A stretch of DNA of 64,000 nt from an uncultured Rhizobiaceae bacterium (GCA_964429775.1 CAYSDJ010000002.1:60859-124858); one strand, 5' to 3'. Shown: positions 17,555-26,751, numbered from the stretch's first letter. Notes: generated by a model from the sequence alone, not told the origin. Numbers and translations: made by a program.

Positions 17555-18847
17555 CTATCTCGGCAGAGATTCGATTTGATCGCGCACCCAAGTAATATTT
17601 TCGGCTGTTATCGCTTGATGATTGCCGATCGAGAAGCTGTTGCGCATGACATTGGTGGCCGAGGCCAAATCGCCGACCGTACGGTGGGGATAATCCTGCA
17701 AACCCGGCTGGAGAGCGATATTGCCGCAGATGATCGGCCGGGTTTCGATTCCGGCAGCGTCGAAATGCCGGCGCACGTCATGGCATGAATAGGGTGCCTC
17801 GGGCCGGACAGTAACCGGAAAGCCAAACCAGGCATGGGTGCCGCCCGGTGTCTCGCTTTGGGTTTGCATGAAGTCGCCTTGGCTGGCGAAAAGTTTTTTC
17901 CAGTGCGCTGCGGTCGCCCGGCGCTGACCCAGAAATTCTTCCAGTTTCGGCACCTGCTCCAACCCGACAGCCGCCTGAACTTCGGTCAAACGTAAATTGT
18001 AGCCGACATTGACGAAAAGAAACCGCGCATCGATTTCCGGAAATTGTTCGGTGTAACGTTGCTTGTTTTTGGCTTCGCGAATCCAGCCATGCGAGCGCAA
18101 AATCCGTAGCGTATCGGCGATTTCATCGTCAGCGGTCATGCACATGCCGCCTTCGAAGGTGGTGATGTGATGCGAGAAATAGAAGCTGAAGCTCGAAATA
18201 CGGCCAAATTGGCCGAGCGGCCGGCCTTTATATTCGCCGCCCATCGCCTCGCAGACGTCCTCGATCATCATCAACCCGTGCCGGGCGCAAATATCCTCAA
18301 GCGCATCCATATCGCACGGATTGCCATAGACATGGACCGGCATGATCGCACGGGTCTTGGCGCTGACGGCGCGCTCAACCTCGTTCGGATCCATGTTCAG
18401 GGTCGCCGGATCGATATCGACAATCACCGGCGTCAACCCGTGTTGGACCAGCGGCCAGATTGTTGTCGACCATGATAGCGCCGGCACGATCACCTCGTCG
18501 CCAGGCCTGAGACCATCCTTGGTCTGGGGGTTCGCCAAAGCACCGACCGCCAGCAAATTTGCCGATGAGCCGGAGTTGCACGACACCCCTTCGGGCACGC
18601 CGACGAGATTGGCAAAGACACGCTCCAACTCGGCGACACGTTTGCCCATGGTCACATAGGACGTCAGCATGCAATCCACTGCCGCCATGATCTCATCGAC
18701 GCCGAAAGTGGGCTCGTGCAGCTTCAGCCCATTGCCACGCACCGCCGAAGCCTCGGCCATCTCAAGCTCCCAGCCCTCTGCAATCGCCTTCCGGAGTGCT
18801 TCCCGCGCCGCTGCTTTGGCGCCGCTTGGGTCTTTGGCCTTGGGCAA
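17555..18847 (-). CDS. PLP/PMP-dependent sugar 3-dehydratase of the DegT/ColD/E1 (RfbH) type
   Basis: DegT/DnrJ/EryC1 fold (..NSGSSANLLA..). The active-site segment reads SFSFYFSHHITTFEGGM, so His sits where sugar aminotransferases have the Schiff-base Lys. I see no CxC-type Fe-S motif. Confidence 0.7.
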   Translation of the reverse strand: MPKAKDPSGAKAAAREALRKAIAEGWELEMAEASAVRGNGLKLHEPTFGVDEIMAAVDCMLTSYVTMGKRVAELERVFANLVGVPEGVSCNSGSSANLLAVGALANPQTKDGLRPGDEVIVPALSWSTTIWPLVQHGLTPVIVDIDPATLNMDPNEVERAVSAKTRAIMPVHVYGNPCDMDALEDICARHGLMMIEDVCEAMGGEYKGRPLGQFGRISSFSFYFSHHITTFEGGMCMTADDEIADTLRILRSHGWIREAKNKQRYTEQFPEIDARFLFVNVGYNLRLTEVQAAVGLEQVPKLEEFLGQRRATAAHWKKLFASQGDFMQTQSETPGGTHAWFGFPVTVRPEAPYSCHDVRRHFDAAGIETRPIICGNIALQPGLQDYPHRTVGDLASATNVMRNSFSIGNHQAITAENITWVRDQIESLPR

Positions 18848-18880
18848 TTGAGCTACCTTTCCCTGCTGAACGCCGGACGC

Positions 18881-19948
18881 CTAAAACGGCCCGCGAAATT
18901 CCGTAACTTCGGCGGCATCGCTGCCTTCCGGCATCCAAGCGCCATCGTCAGTGCCTGTTACCAGGCTGTGCGCACGCGACGCGATCGTCCGGTCATTTGG
19001 ATAGTAGAGCTGCTCCAGCGGCCGGGTTGTCGGGCACGGCGAAGACGCGAAGCCCATCCGGCCAACGGCGATGCTGCGCCTGCCCTGCAGCCGCTCGACG
19101 GTCTCGGCAATAATTTCGGCCGACGCGCCGCAGCTCAGCCAGCCATTGTCAACGACCAACAGCCGGCCGGTTTTCTCAACCGAAGACACAATGCGATCCC
19201 AATCGATCGGGCTCAGGCTGACCGGGTCGATGATCTCCGCCGCAATACCGACGCTCTCCAAGTGGTGCCGCGCGCGCAATGCCTCAATCACCATATGGCT
19301 GATCGCGACGATGGTGATGTCCCCGCCTTCCGCCAATAAACGTGCCTGGCCGAACGGCACTTCGTAGCTCTCCTCGGCAACGTGGCCGGAGAGGCCATAG
19401 AGCATCCGGTGCTCAATAAAGACGACCGGGTTGTTGTCGCGGATGGCTGAGACGAGGCAGCCCTTGGCGTCATGCGCCGTGGTCGGCGCCACGACCTTCA
19501 GACCGGGGACATGCATGAACATCGCATGCAGCGCCTGTGAATGCTGCGCACCCTGGCCCCAACTGCGGCCAATCGAGGCCCGGACAACCAAGGGCACGCG
19601 ATAGGTGCCATTGAACATGTAAGAAAATTTCGCCGCCATGTTGACCAGCTGGTTCATGCACAGCAGCAAAAAATCCATACGCTGGTGAACATTTATCGGC
19701 CGCATGCCGGCAAGGGCGGCGCCCACCGCCAAACCCGTCATCGCGTCTTCGGCAAGCGGCGTATCGAAGCATCTGTCGGGGCCGAAATCGCGGTGCAAAT
19801 CCATCGTCGTGCCGTAATGGCCCTTATGATCGTCAACCCCCTGGCCGAACACGAACACATTGTCGTCGCGCTCCATTTCCTGCCGGGTCGCCTCATAGAG
19901 CGCCTCAGCGTAAGTGATTTGGCGCAAGGGTTGATTATCCGTAGACAT
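18881..19948 (-). CDS. ThDP-dependent 2-oxoacid dehydrogenase E1 component, beta subunit-like
   Basis: 355 aa, typical E1-beta layout (..VFVFGQGVDD..FDTPLAEDAMTGLAVGAALAGMRPI..). Overlaps the alpha subunit gene by 14 nt. Confidence 0.8.
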   Translation of the reverse strand: MSTDNQPLRQITYAEALYEATRQEMERDDNVFVFGQGVDDHKGHYGTTMDLHRDFGPDRCFDTPLAEDAMTGLAVGAALAGMRPINVHQRMDFLLLCMNQLVNMAAKFSYMFNGTYRVPLVVRASIGRSWGQGAQHSQALHAMFMHVPGLKVVAPTTAHDAKGCLVSAIRDNNPVVFIEHRMLYGLSGHVAEESYEVPFGQARLLAEGGDITIVAISHMVIEALRARHHLESVGIAAEIIDPVSLSPIDWDRIVSSVEKTGRLLVVDNGWLSCGASAEIIAETVERLQGRRSIAVGRMGFASSPCPTTRPLEQLYYPNDRTIASRAHSLVTGTDDGAWMPEGSDAAEVTEFRGPF

Positions 19949-20900
19949 GATCGATCAACATGTCGGCTTCCGGATAAGGTGCGGCCTCCGCCAAGGCAAA
20001 AGCCTCACTGATTTCGGCGGTAACGGCGCCCTCGATTGCCGCCCGCGCTTCGGCATTCAACAAATCGCCGAGAAAACGCATCGGATCTTTGCTAAAGCGC
20101 GCTTGCTCTTCCGCAGCGTCACGATAACCGGCGTCCCAATCCTCGGCTGGGCCGACATGCTCGCGCCAGCGGCAGGTTGTGCATTCGAGAAAGCGTGGGC
20201 CGGCACCGGCGCGTACGTCACTGACCAATTCAGCCGCGGCGCTGCGGATTGAAACAATATTCTCATCGCTAACCTGCCGGCCCTGAATGCCATACGACGA
20301 AAACCGCCCGGCCAGCCCGGGGCCCGCCATTCTGTTTTCAGCCGGCGAATGAATGGCCAGTTGATTATTTTCACAGACAAAAAGCAGCGGCAGATATTTC
20401 AAGGAAGCAAAATTCATCGCTTCATGAAACGCGCCCTCATCGGTCGCGCCCTCGCCGAAAAAGCAGACAACGACCGCCGGCTGGCCTTTCGATCTGATCG
20501 CGAACGCATGGCCCACCGCCAAGGGGATATTGGTCGCCACAATGGCCGACATGCCCATCACGTTGACGGCGCTATCGACGAGGTGCATCGAGCCGGCCTT
20601 GCCCCCGGCGCAGCCCGATTCGCGGCCGAATAATTCGGCAATCATCGCCTTCAGGTCGCCACCCTTGGCAAGATAAAGCGCATGCCCCCGGTACGTGCCG
20701 TAAGCAATATCCTCGCGCTCCAGAACATCGCAAACACCGACCGAAACGGCTTCCTGCCCGATCGATAAATGAATCGGGCTCTTGACCAGGTCAGTCGGAT
20801 AAATTCGGGCAACTTCTTCCTCAACGCGGCGGATGCGCAACACGGCCCGATACAGCGCGCCGATTTTCTCGGTCGAAAGCCCGGTTTTGTTGTCTGTCAT
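19935..20900 (-). CDS. ThDP-dependent 2-oxoacid dehydrogenase E1 component, alpha subunit-like
   Basis: 321 aa. ThDP-binding motif region FFGEGATDEGAFHEAMNFASLKYLPLLFVCENNQLAI. Confidence 0.8.
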   Translation of the reverse strand: MTDNKTGLSTEKIGALYRAVLRIRRVEEEVARIYPTDLVKSPIHLSIGQEAVSVGVCDVLEREDIAYGTYRGHALYLAKGGDLKAMIAELFGRESGCAGGKAGSMHLVDSAVNVMGMSAIVATNIPLAVGHAFAIRSKGQPAVVVCFFGEGATDEGAFHEAMNFASLKYLPLLFVCENNQLAIHSPAENRMAGPGLAGRFSSYGIQGRQVSDENIVSIRSAAAELVSDVRAGAGPRFLECTTCRWREHVGPAEDWDAGYRDAAEEQARFSKDPMRFLGDLLNAEARAAIEGAVTAEISEAFALAEAAPYPEADMLIDHVYG

Positions 20901-21122
20901 GCGGTTGAAACGATCCGATTGTAGATTAATTGCAGCGCCATTTATTGGAGTAAGAACCCGTATGGCGAGGCCTTACGGCTACCGCAGCCCAGGGTGACAC
21001 GAAATCTGGACCAACGCGGTAAGGCCTCAATATACTTGAAGAATTGGCGCGACCAAGTCCTTTTCCCGCTGCCGTGATTCGGTTGGCCAGGAAGTGCATC
21101 GCCCCCCTAAAAATGCGAAAAG

Positions 21123-21851
21123 TCAGCAATCTTTGAGACCCCCGATGAGCAAAAGCGGGCCCTCACAATTTTGAATTGGTTGCGGTGAAAAGCCGGCGGC
21201 GCGCAGTATTTCACACCATTCTTCCGGCGTGAAACGCGCCATTGAATATTTTAGATAATCCGTATCCTCGCCGCCGGCCTTGATCCGCCGGGCCCAGCGC
21301 GCAATCCGTCCGCGTAAATTGTGCCTTCGAAATTCCTCTGATTTTCGCACTTCATGGCGCATATCCGGGACCGTCAAAAAAATTCGGCCGCGCGGCGCCA
21401 GAATGCGGCAAAGTTCTCTTAAGGACGTGGCAGGGTCGGGAATATATTCAAACACGCTGGAGGCGACGGCCACGTCAAAGGATGCATCATCAAATGGGAG
21501 CTTTGCGCTAGCCGATATCTCGAGCGCCCGCCATTGCACGTGCTCACTGCCGGACGCCGCTCGGGCATTGCGCAACATTTCACCCGAAATATCGCATCCC
21601 GTGACGCGCCAGCCCTTTTCGGCCAACGCCCTGGCAAGCTCACCACTGCCGCAACCAAAATCAAGGATGCGCATATCTGGCTGAGAATTTTCTTCGCAAG
21701 CGGCAACAAATCTTGTGATCCGCCCGCGCATCTGGCCCTCGGGCGCATAATGCGAACTCCAACGCCCGGCGACCTGGTCAAAATAAGACCTGACCTGATC
21801 CGTTGTACCGGCCTTTTCGCCATGGTTCGGTGCCTTTACCATCACCGCCAT
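21123..21851 (-). CDS. Class I SAM-dependent methyltransferase
   Basis: Motif I ILDFGCGSGELARAL. ATG at 21851 sits 5 nt after the wecC stop. The longest ORF starts at a GTG at 21872, so the start is uncertain. Confidence 0.8.
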   Translation of the reverse strand: MAVMVKAPNHGEKAGTTDQVRSYFDQVAGRWSSHYAPEGQMRGRITRFVAACEENSQPDMRILDFGCGSGELARALAEKGWRVTGCDISGEMLRNARAASGSEHVQWRALEISASAKLPFDDASFDVAVASSVFEYIPDPATSLRELCRILAPRGRIFLTVPDMRHEVRKSEEFRRHNLRGRIARWARRIKAGGEDTDYLKYSMARFTPEEWCEILRAAGFSPQPIQNCEGPLLLIGGLKDC

Positions 21852-21856
21852 ACCCG

Positions 21857-23116
21857 TCAGAGGGCGCGCCACGACCCCGACGTATCGACAAGCTCCTTGC
21901 CCGCCAGCAGGCTTTGGTCAAGCGATTGAAAGTCGCGATGATTGACAAGTAAAGCCACCACTCCGGCCCGTCCAAGCGCCTCATCGATGGCAACCAAATC
22001 GATATTTTTTATGGCCGACAAAGTGTCTGGCAGTTTCTCGATATGCGGCTCGACCACAAGCAAACGCACCCCCTTGTCCTCGGCCAAACGCGTGACAATT
22101 TCCACAGCCGGGCTGCCGCGTAAATCATCGACTTCCGGCTTAAAAGCGAGACCAAGGCAGGCAACAACCGCATTTTTTCTGTCACCGATCGCTTGTTTGA
22201 TCTTGGCAACCACATGACCAGGTTTGGAATCGTTCACCTCACGTGCGGCGCGGATTAATTTTGCCCGCTCCGGTGACGACGCGACGATAAACCAGGGATC
22301 AACGGCGATGCAGTGCCCGCCGACGCCCGAACTCGGCGATAGCACATTCACGCGCGGATGCTGATTGGCCAGTTGAATGAGATCCCAGACATCGATATCC
22401 AAATCGTCGCAAATGATGGAGAGCTCGTTGGCAAAGGCGATATTGACATCGCGGTAAGCATTCTCAACCAGCTTGGAAAGTTCCGCCGTGCGGGCATTGG
22501 CCAGGGTAATCGCGCCATGCACAAAGGTAGCGTAAAAATCGCGCGCCCGCTCGGCCGAGGGCAAGTCGATGCCGCCCACGGTGCGGTCGTTTTCCAACAA
22601 TTCCTGCATGAGATGGCCCGGCAAAACCCGTTCCGGACAATGGGCCAAAAAGATGCGATCGCCATCATTCGCTTGGCCCTCCGTTTCACGGAATGTCAAA
22701 TCGGTGCGGCAATTGCCGATCCATTCCGCCATGCGCTCGGTGGTGCCGACCGGTACGGTCGATTCGAGAATGACCAAATTTCCCGGCGCGAGATGGTGGG
22801 CCAAGGCCTCGCACGCGGCTTTGATGGCCGCAAGGTCGGCGCCGCTATGGTCGGGCAGAACGGGGGTCGGGACCGCGAGAATAAATATGTCCGCCGGTGC
22901 CGGCGCGGCCGAGGCGACAAGATTGCCGCTGCCGACCGCCGACTTCACCAATAGGTCGAGGTCCGGCTCGACCGAGGTGAACGCGCCGTCATTGATCGCC
23001 GTGACCAGAGCGCTATTGGTATCCACACCATGGACGCGCATGCCTTTGGTCGCGAGTAACGCGCCGGTGGGCAAACCGACATAGCCCAGGCCAACAACAC
23101 ATACCTTCACTGCCAT
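21857..23116 (-). CDS. wecC: UDP-N-acetyl-D-mannosamine dehydrogenase (WecC/Cap5O-like nucleotide-sugar dehydrogenase)
   Basis: MAVKVCVVGLGYVGLPTGALLA.. NAD motif. 419 aa. Immediately downstream of, and overlapping, a UDP-GlcNAc 2-epimerase gene. Confidence 0.75.
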   Translation of the reverse strand: MAVKVCVVGLGYVGLPTGALLATKGMRVHGVDTNSALVTAINDGAFTSVEPDLDLLVKSAVGSGNLVASAAPAPADIFILAVPTPVLPDHSGADLAAIKAACEALAHHLAPGNLVILESTVPVGTTERMAEWIGNCRTDLTFRETEGQANDGDRIFLAHCPERVLPGHLMQELLENDRTVGGIDLPSAERARDFYATFVHGAITLANARTAELSKLVENAYRDVNIAFANELSIICDDLDIDVWDLIQLANQHPRVNVLSPSSGVGGHCIAVDPWFIVASSPERAKLIRAAREVNDSKPGHVVAKIKQAIGDRKNAVVACLGLAFKPEVDDLRGSPAVEIVTRLAEDKGVRLLVVEPHIEKLPDTLSAIKNIDLVAIDEALGRAGVVALLVNHRDFQSLDQSLLAGKELVDTSGSWRAL

Positions 23117-24267
23117 TCCTCGCCTATCAATAGTTCAGCGATTCGCTGTCCGGCCTTGCCATCGCCAAACGGATTGACTGCCCGGCTCATCGCCGCGTGG
23201 TGGCCGGCATCCTCCAGCAAGTGATTCGCTTCCGAAATGATTGTTTCTTTATCCGTTCCTACCAGTCGCGCGCAGCCGGCCTCAACCGCTTCCGGCCTTT
23301 CCGTCGTATCGCGCATGACCAATGTCGGCACACCGAGGCTCGGGCTTTCTTCTTGAACGCCGCCCGAATCGGTCAGAATGATATGCGCCCGCATCATTAA
23401 GTAAACGAAGGAAACATAATCGACCGGTTCAATCAGATGAATGCGGTTTGCGACCGAATCCTCCCCCCCTGCCAGAATATCGAATACCGGCCCGCGCACA
23501 CGGGGATTAAGGTGCACGGGATAGACAAGCTCCACATCGGAGTGGGTGGCGACAATATTACGCAGGGCCTGGCAAATACCCTTCATGATATCGCCAAAGT
23601 TCTCCCGCCGGTGGCTGGTGACGAGAATAAGCCGCCTGTCGCAATCCAAATATGAAAATTCCTGCGCCTTGTCGCGTTGCAAAGGCGCTTCCTGGGCGAA
23701 TTTGTTCTTCATATCGATGAGCGCGTCGACCACGGTATTGCCGGTAACAAATATATCGGCGGCATTGATGCCCTCGCGCAATAAATTGCCGCGCGCTTCC
23801 TCGGTTGGGGCGAAATGAAAGCGCGTTAGGGCGGCGATCAGGCGCCGATTGCCTTCTTCCGGCCACGGCGAATAATTGTTGCCGGTACGCAGGCCAGCTT
23901 CCACATGGGCAACGGGTATACGCGAATAATAGGCACCAAGCGCCGCGGCAAAAGCGCTTCCAGTGTCTCCCTGGACGACCATCAAATCGGGCGAAACCTC
24001 CGTCAAGAGCGGGTTCAGGCCGGTTAGGACGCGCGCCGTCACGTCACCAGGCCCTTGGTCGGGGGCCATAATATCCAGATTGTAATCCGGCTTGAGCGCC
24101 ATAAACGCAAGCGCCTGATCGAGCATTTCCCGGTGCTGTCCCGTCGCGCAGACGAAGACGTCGAACAGGTCAGGGCGCGCGCGTAAGGCTTGCACGACCG
24201 GCGCCAATTTGAGGGCTTCCGGCCGGGTCCCCATCACAATGATAATTTTGCGTTTGCCGCCGGCCAT
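23107..24267 (-). CDS. wecB: UDP-N-acetylglucosamine 2-epimerase (non-hydrolysing, WecB-like)
   Basis: KIIIVMGTRPEALKLAPV N-terminus and ..ILTDSGGVQEE.. motif. Start placed at the internal ATG (MAGGKRK) at 24267. The 18 upstream codons of the track ORF look non-coding. Confidence 0.85.
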   Translation of the reverse strand: MAGGKRKIIIVMGTRPEALKLAPVVQALRARPDLFDVFVCATGQHREMLDQALAFMALKPDYNLDIMAPDQGPGDVTARVLTGLNPLLTEVSPDLMVVQGDTGSAFAAALGAYYSRIPVAHVEAGLRTGNNYSPWPEEGNRRLIAALTRFHFAPTEEARGNLLREGINAADIFVTGNTVVDALIDMKNKFAQEAPLQRDKAQEFSYLDCDRRLILVTSHRRENFGDIMKGICQALRNIVATHSDVELVYPVHLNPRVRGPVFDILAGGEDSVANRIHLIEPVDYVSFVYLMMRAHIILTDSGGVQEESPSLGVPTLVMRDTTERPEAVEAGCARLVGTDKETIISEANHLLEDAGHHAAMSRAVNPFGDGKAGQRIAELLIGEEWQ

Positions 24268-24503
24268 CAAGCATGCTCCTGAAGTTGATTGTGCGCGGCG
24301 GCATCGCAAAATAGCCGCCATACCCGAATCGGTTCGGACTTCATATCGTAATGCCCTTTGGCCCGATCGACAGCCGCGTCCGATGTGGCCAATTGTTCTA
24401 AATCGGGCTCACTCACAACATGTGCAAAGCAATGCCGCGCCGCCATATAGGCCGCGCATTTTGCCGGCAGCGAATTTTTGATGAATTGCCGGCTCAAGCG
24501 CAC
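24267..24503 (-). CDS. Small hypothetical protein (59-78 aa), possibly translationally coupled to wecB
   Basis: The ORF's TGA overlaps the wecB ATG (ATGA). It fills the gap between the sulfotransferase and wecB genes. No recognisable motif. The start (GTG 24503 or ATG at codon 20) is uncertain. Confidence 0.25.
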   Translation of the reverse strand: MRLSRQFIKNSLPAKCAAYMAARHCFAHVVSEPDLEQLATSDAAVDRAKGHYDMKSEPIRVWRLFCDAAAHNQLQEHA

Positions 24504-24570
24504 AAATGCATATTCCCCGGAACTGAAAAAATTAGATTGGGCGCAAATTCATCAATGGCAGCGCCGCGCA

Positions 24571-25545
24571 TTACTGCGAAAACGGCTGGCGCACATCATC
24601 AAGTTCAGCGTGAATCTCATCGATGCGGCGCGCGAGTGTTGCGTCCAGACGCGCCAACTCACTTGGATTAATGACGCTCTCCAGCTCCAGGAATTTATTG
24701 TTGCGGTAGCTAATATCCTCATCTTTCGGCCAATTGCTGTAACCACGCGTGTACATGGCGGCGAGCGTCGAAATCTGTTCGGCCGAGAGCGGCGGTGTGT
24801 CCAACCCGGCGAAAGAAATTATCGCCGGCAGAAGACCAGCGCAATTCTCAAGCATGTCCTCATATTTGATGACAACAAAATCAGACGGCCGCGCGCGGAT
24901 GGCTGCAAGCCAAGTTTCGTGGTGGCGGACATATTCCTGTGACCAGTACACCAAAAATGATTCGTCTTCCGAGAGACCCTCAATTTTATCGCCGGGCAAC
25001 GGCACCTTCTCGCGATCTGTGCCACGAAACAGATCGAACTCATAAAGCGTCGAAATATTATCGAGGGTGTAACGCTCCACCGTGTAAATCGACTTGATCG
25101 CCTCGTAGGAATTTCGATAGATCATGATGGCGCGGCGGAATTCGGGAAAATAGTGTGAATGGGTCTTCAGAAAACTCATGCCATCGTTGAAATGATACGG
25201 AACATATGCTCCATGGCCATGAATGGTGTCGCAATACTTTCCCAGTTCCTTGTGTGCCAGCTTGCGATACTCCCCTGTTGCGCGATAGTGCAGCACGGTC
25301 ATCAGGGTAAAACGCAACCAAGCGACGCCGCAGCGGCGGTAGTCGGCCAGCATTATTGTATTCTCGTCCACGCGTTGTAGCCGTCTTTCGCGGTCATAAG
25401 TATCGGCAACGGCCTTAACGACAAATCGCGAAATGAACTTGCGCACGAAGCGAGGCAACGCAGCCTTCAATCTGTGTTGATGGGCGGCCTTCATAAGAAG
25501 GAAATACAGGCGCCGGGCGATGCCGCGCACAAGAAACCTGATCAA
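24571..25545 (-). CDS. Sulfotransferase-domain protein (paralog 1)
   Basis: 5'-PSB-like loop ADYRRCGVAWLRFTL (compare the bacterial consensus YPKSGNTWLRFLL), 3'-PB-like IMIYRNSYEAIKS and VIKYEDMLEN.. segment. 324 aa. Confidence 0.65.
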   Translation of the reverse strand: MIRFLVRGIARRLYFLLMKAAHQHRLKAALPRFVRKFISRFVVKAVADTYDRERRLQRVDENTIMLADYRRCGVAWLRFTLMTVLHYRATGEYRKLAHKELGKYCDTIHGHGAYVPYHFNDGMSFLKTHSHYFPEFRRAIMIYRNSYEAIKSIYTVERYTLDNISTLYEFDLFRGTDREKVPLPGDKIEGLSEDESFLVYWSQEYVRHHETWLAAIRARPSDFVVIKYEDMLENCAGLLPAIISFAGLDTPPLSAEQISTLAAMYTRGYSNWPKDEDISYRNNKFLELESVINPSELARLDATLARRIDEIHAELDDVRQPFSQ

Positions 25546-25653
25546 CCTTCCTACCTCACCGTCGCCATGCCCTGATTTGAGTCAAGAGAAACCGCAATGA
25601 CTCAAACCGCAAATCATAATCATATGGGCTGGGACAATATGCCGTCGTCGAAA

Positions 25654-26751
25654 TCAACACGCGCCATTAATACTTGCCGGTATCACGCGTACACTATCAA
25701 GTTCAGAGCGGATTTCCGCAACCCGCGCTGCAAGCCCACTGTTCAGTCTTTCCAGTTCGCTCACGCATATGACATTCTCGAGCTCTCGAAATTTTCTGTT
25801 CCGGTAAGCGATATCATTCTCCGTTCGCCAGTTCGCATGGCGCCGCGTGTACATGGCGGCTAGCATGGAGATTTGCTCGTTCGTCAATGTTGGCGTCTCC
25901 AACCCAACAAAGGAAATAATGGCCGGAAGAAGCTTTTCGCAGTGTTCGAGCATATCCTCATATTTGACCACAAAAAAATCGCTCGGCCGCGCGTGAATGG
26001 CGGCAAGCCAGGTTTCATGGTGCGTTACGTATTCCTGGCACCAATAGTGAAGAAACGATTCATTTTGCGATAGCCCTTCGATTTTCTCGCCCGATAACTC
26101 AACTCCAAAGCGCTTGGGAACATCCGTCAGTTCGAAATCGACGTCATCAAGAGTGTAACTCTCATGCGTGTGGAGTGATTTTATTGCTTCGAACGGATTG
26201 CGATAAATCATGACCGCGCGGCGGTACTCAGGAAAATAATGCGAGTGTGTTTTAGCGAAGCTTGCGCCGTCATTAAAACAATGCGAATCAAAATTTCCAT
26301 GGCTGTGAACGGTAGGAGCAAATTTTCCCATCTCCGCAATGGTCAATTTGCGAATCTCCCCTGTCATACGATAATTCAGCAGTGTCGCCAGTACAAAACG
26401 CAGCCAATTGACACCACAGCGTGGGTAGTCCGCCAATAATATCGATTTGTCATTTATCCATCGCAGCCGCCGCTCGCGGTCGTAAGCGTCGGCAACAGCT
26501 TTGACGATATATTTCGAAATAAACCTGCGCATGAATGAAGGCATCGCCGCCTTTAGTTTCTGCCAGTGCGCAGCCTTGGCGAAAAAATTGTATAGGACTT
26601 TCGCGAGTCTCCAATTGAGGTCTTTAATTATTTTTCTTGCCACGCATTTACCTCGTTTTGGAAACGGTCGAACGAGGCTCACGCACACGCGACGCAATTC
26701 GATTTTCGGAGTAAGTTTGAACTTGAATTCCAAAGAAGAATTCTTGTCCAA
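25654..26751 (-). CDS. Sulfotransferase-domain protein (paralog 2)
   Basis: ADYPRCGVNWLRFVLATLL, MIYRNPFEAIKS, VVKYEDMLEH. Colinear with paralog 1. The longest ORF starts at TTG 26751. Alignment with paralog 1 suggests a GTG start at 26643 (about 330 aa). Confidence 0.65.
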   Translation of the reverse strand: MDKNSSLEFKFKLTPKIELRRVCVSLVRPFPKRGKCVARKIIKDLNWRLAKVLYNFFAKAAHWQKLKAAMPSFMRRFISKYIVKAVADAYDRERRLRWINDKSILLADYPRCGVNWLRFVLATLLNYRMTGEIRKLTIAEMGKFAPTVHSHGNFDSHCFNDGASFAKTHSHYFPEYRRAVMIYRNPFEAIKSLHTHESYTLDDVDFELTDVPKRFGVELSGEKIEGLSQNESFLHYWCQEYVTHHETWLAAIHARPSDFFVVKYEDMLEHCEKLLPAIISFVGLETPTLTNEQISMLAAMYTRRHANWRTENDIAYRNRKFRELENVICVSELERLNSGLAARVAEIRSELDSVRVIPASINGAC

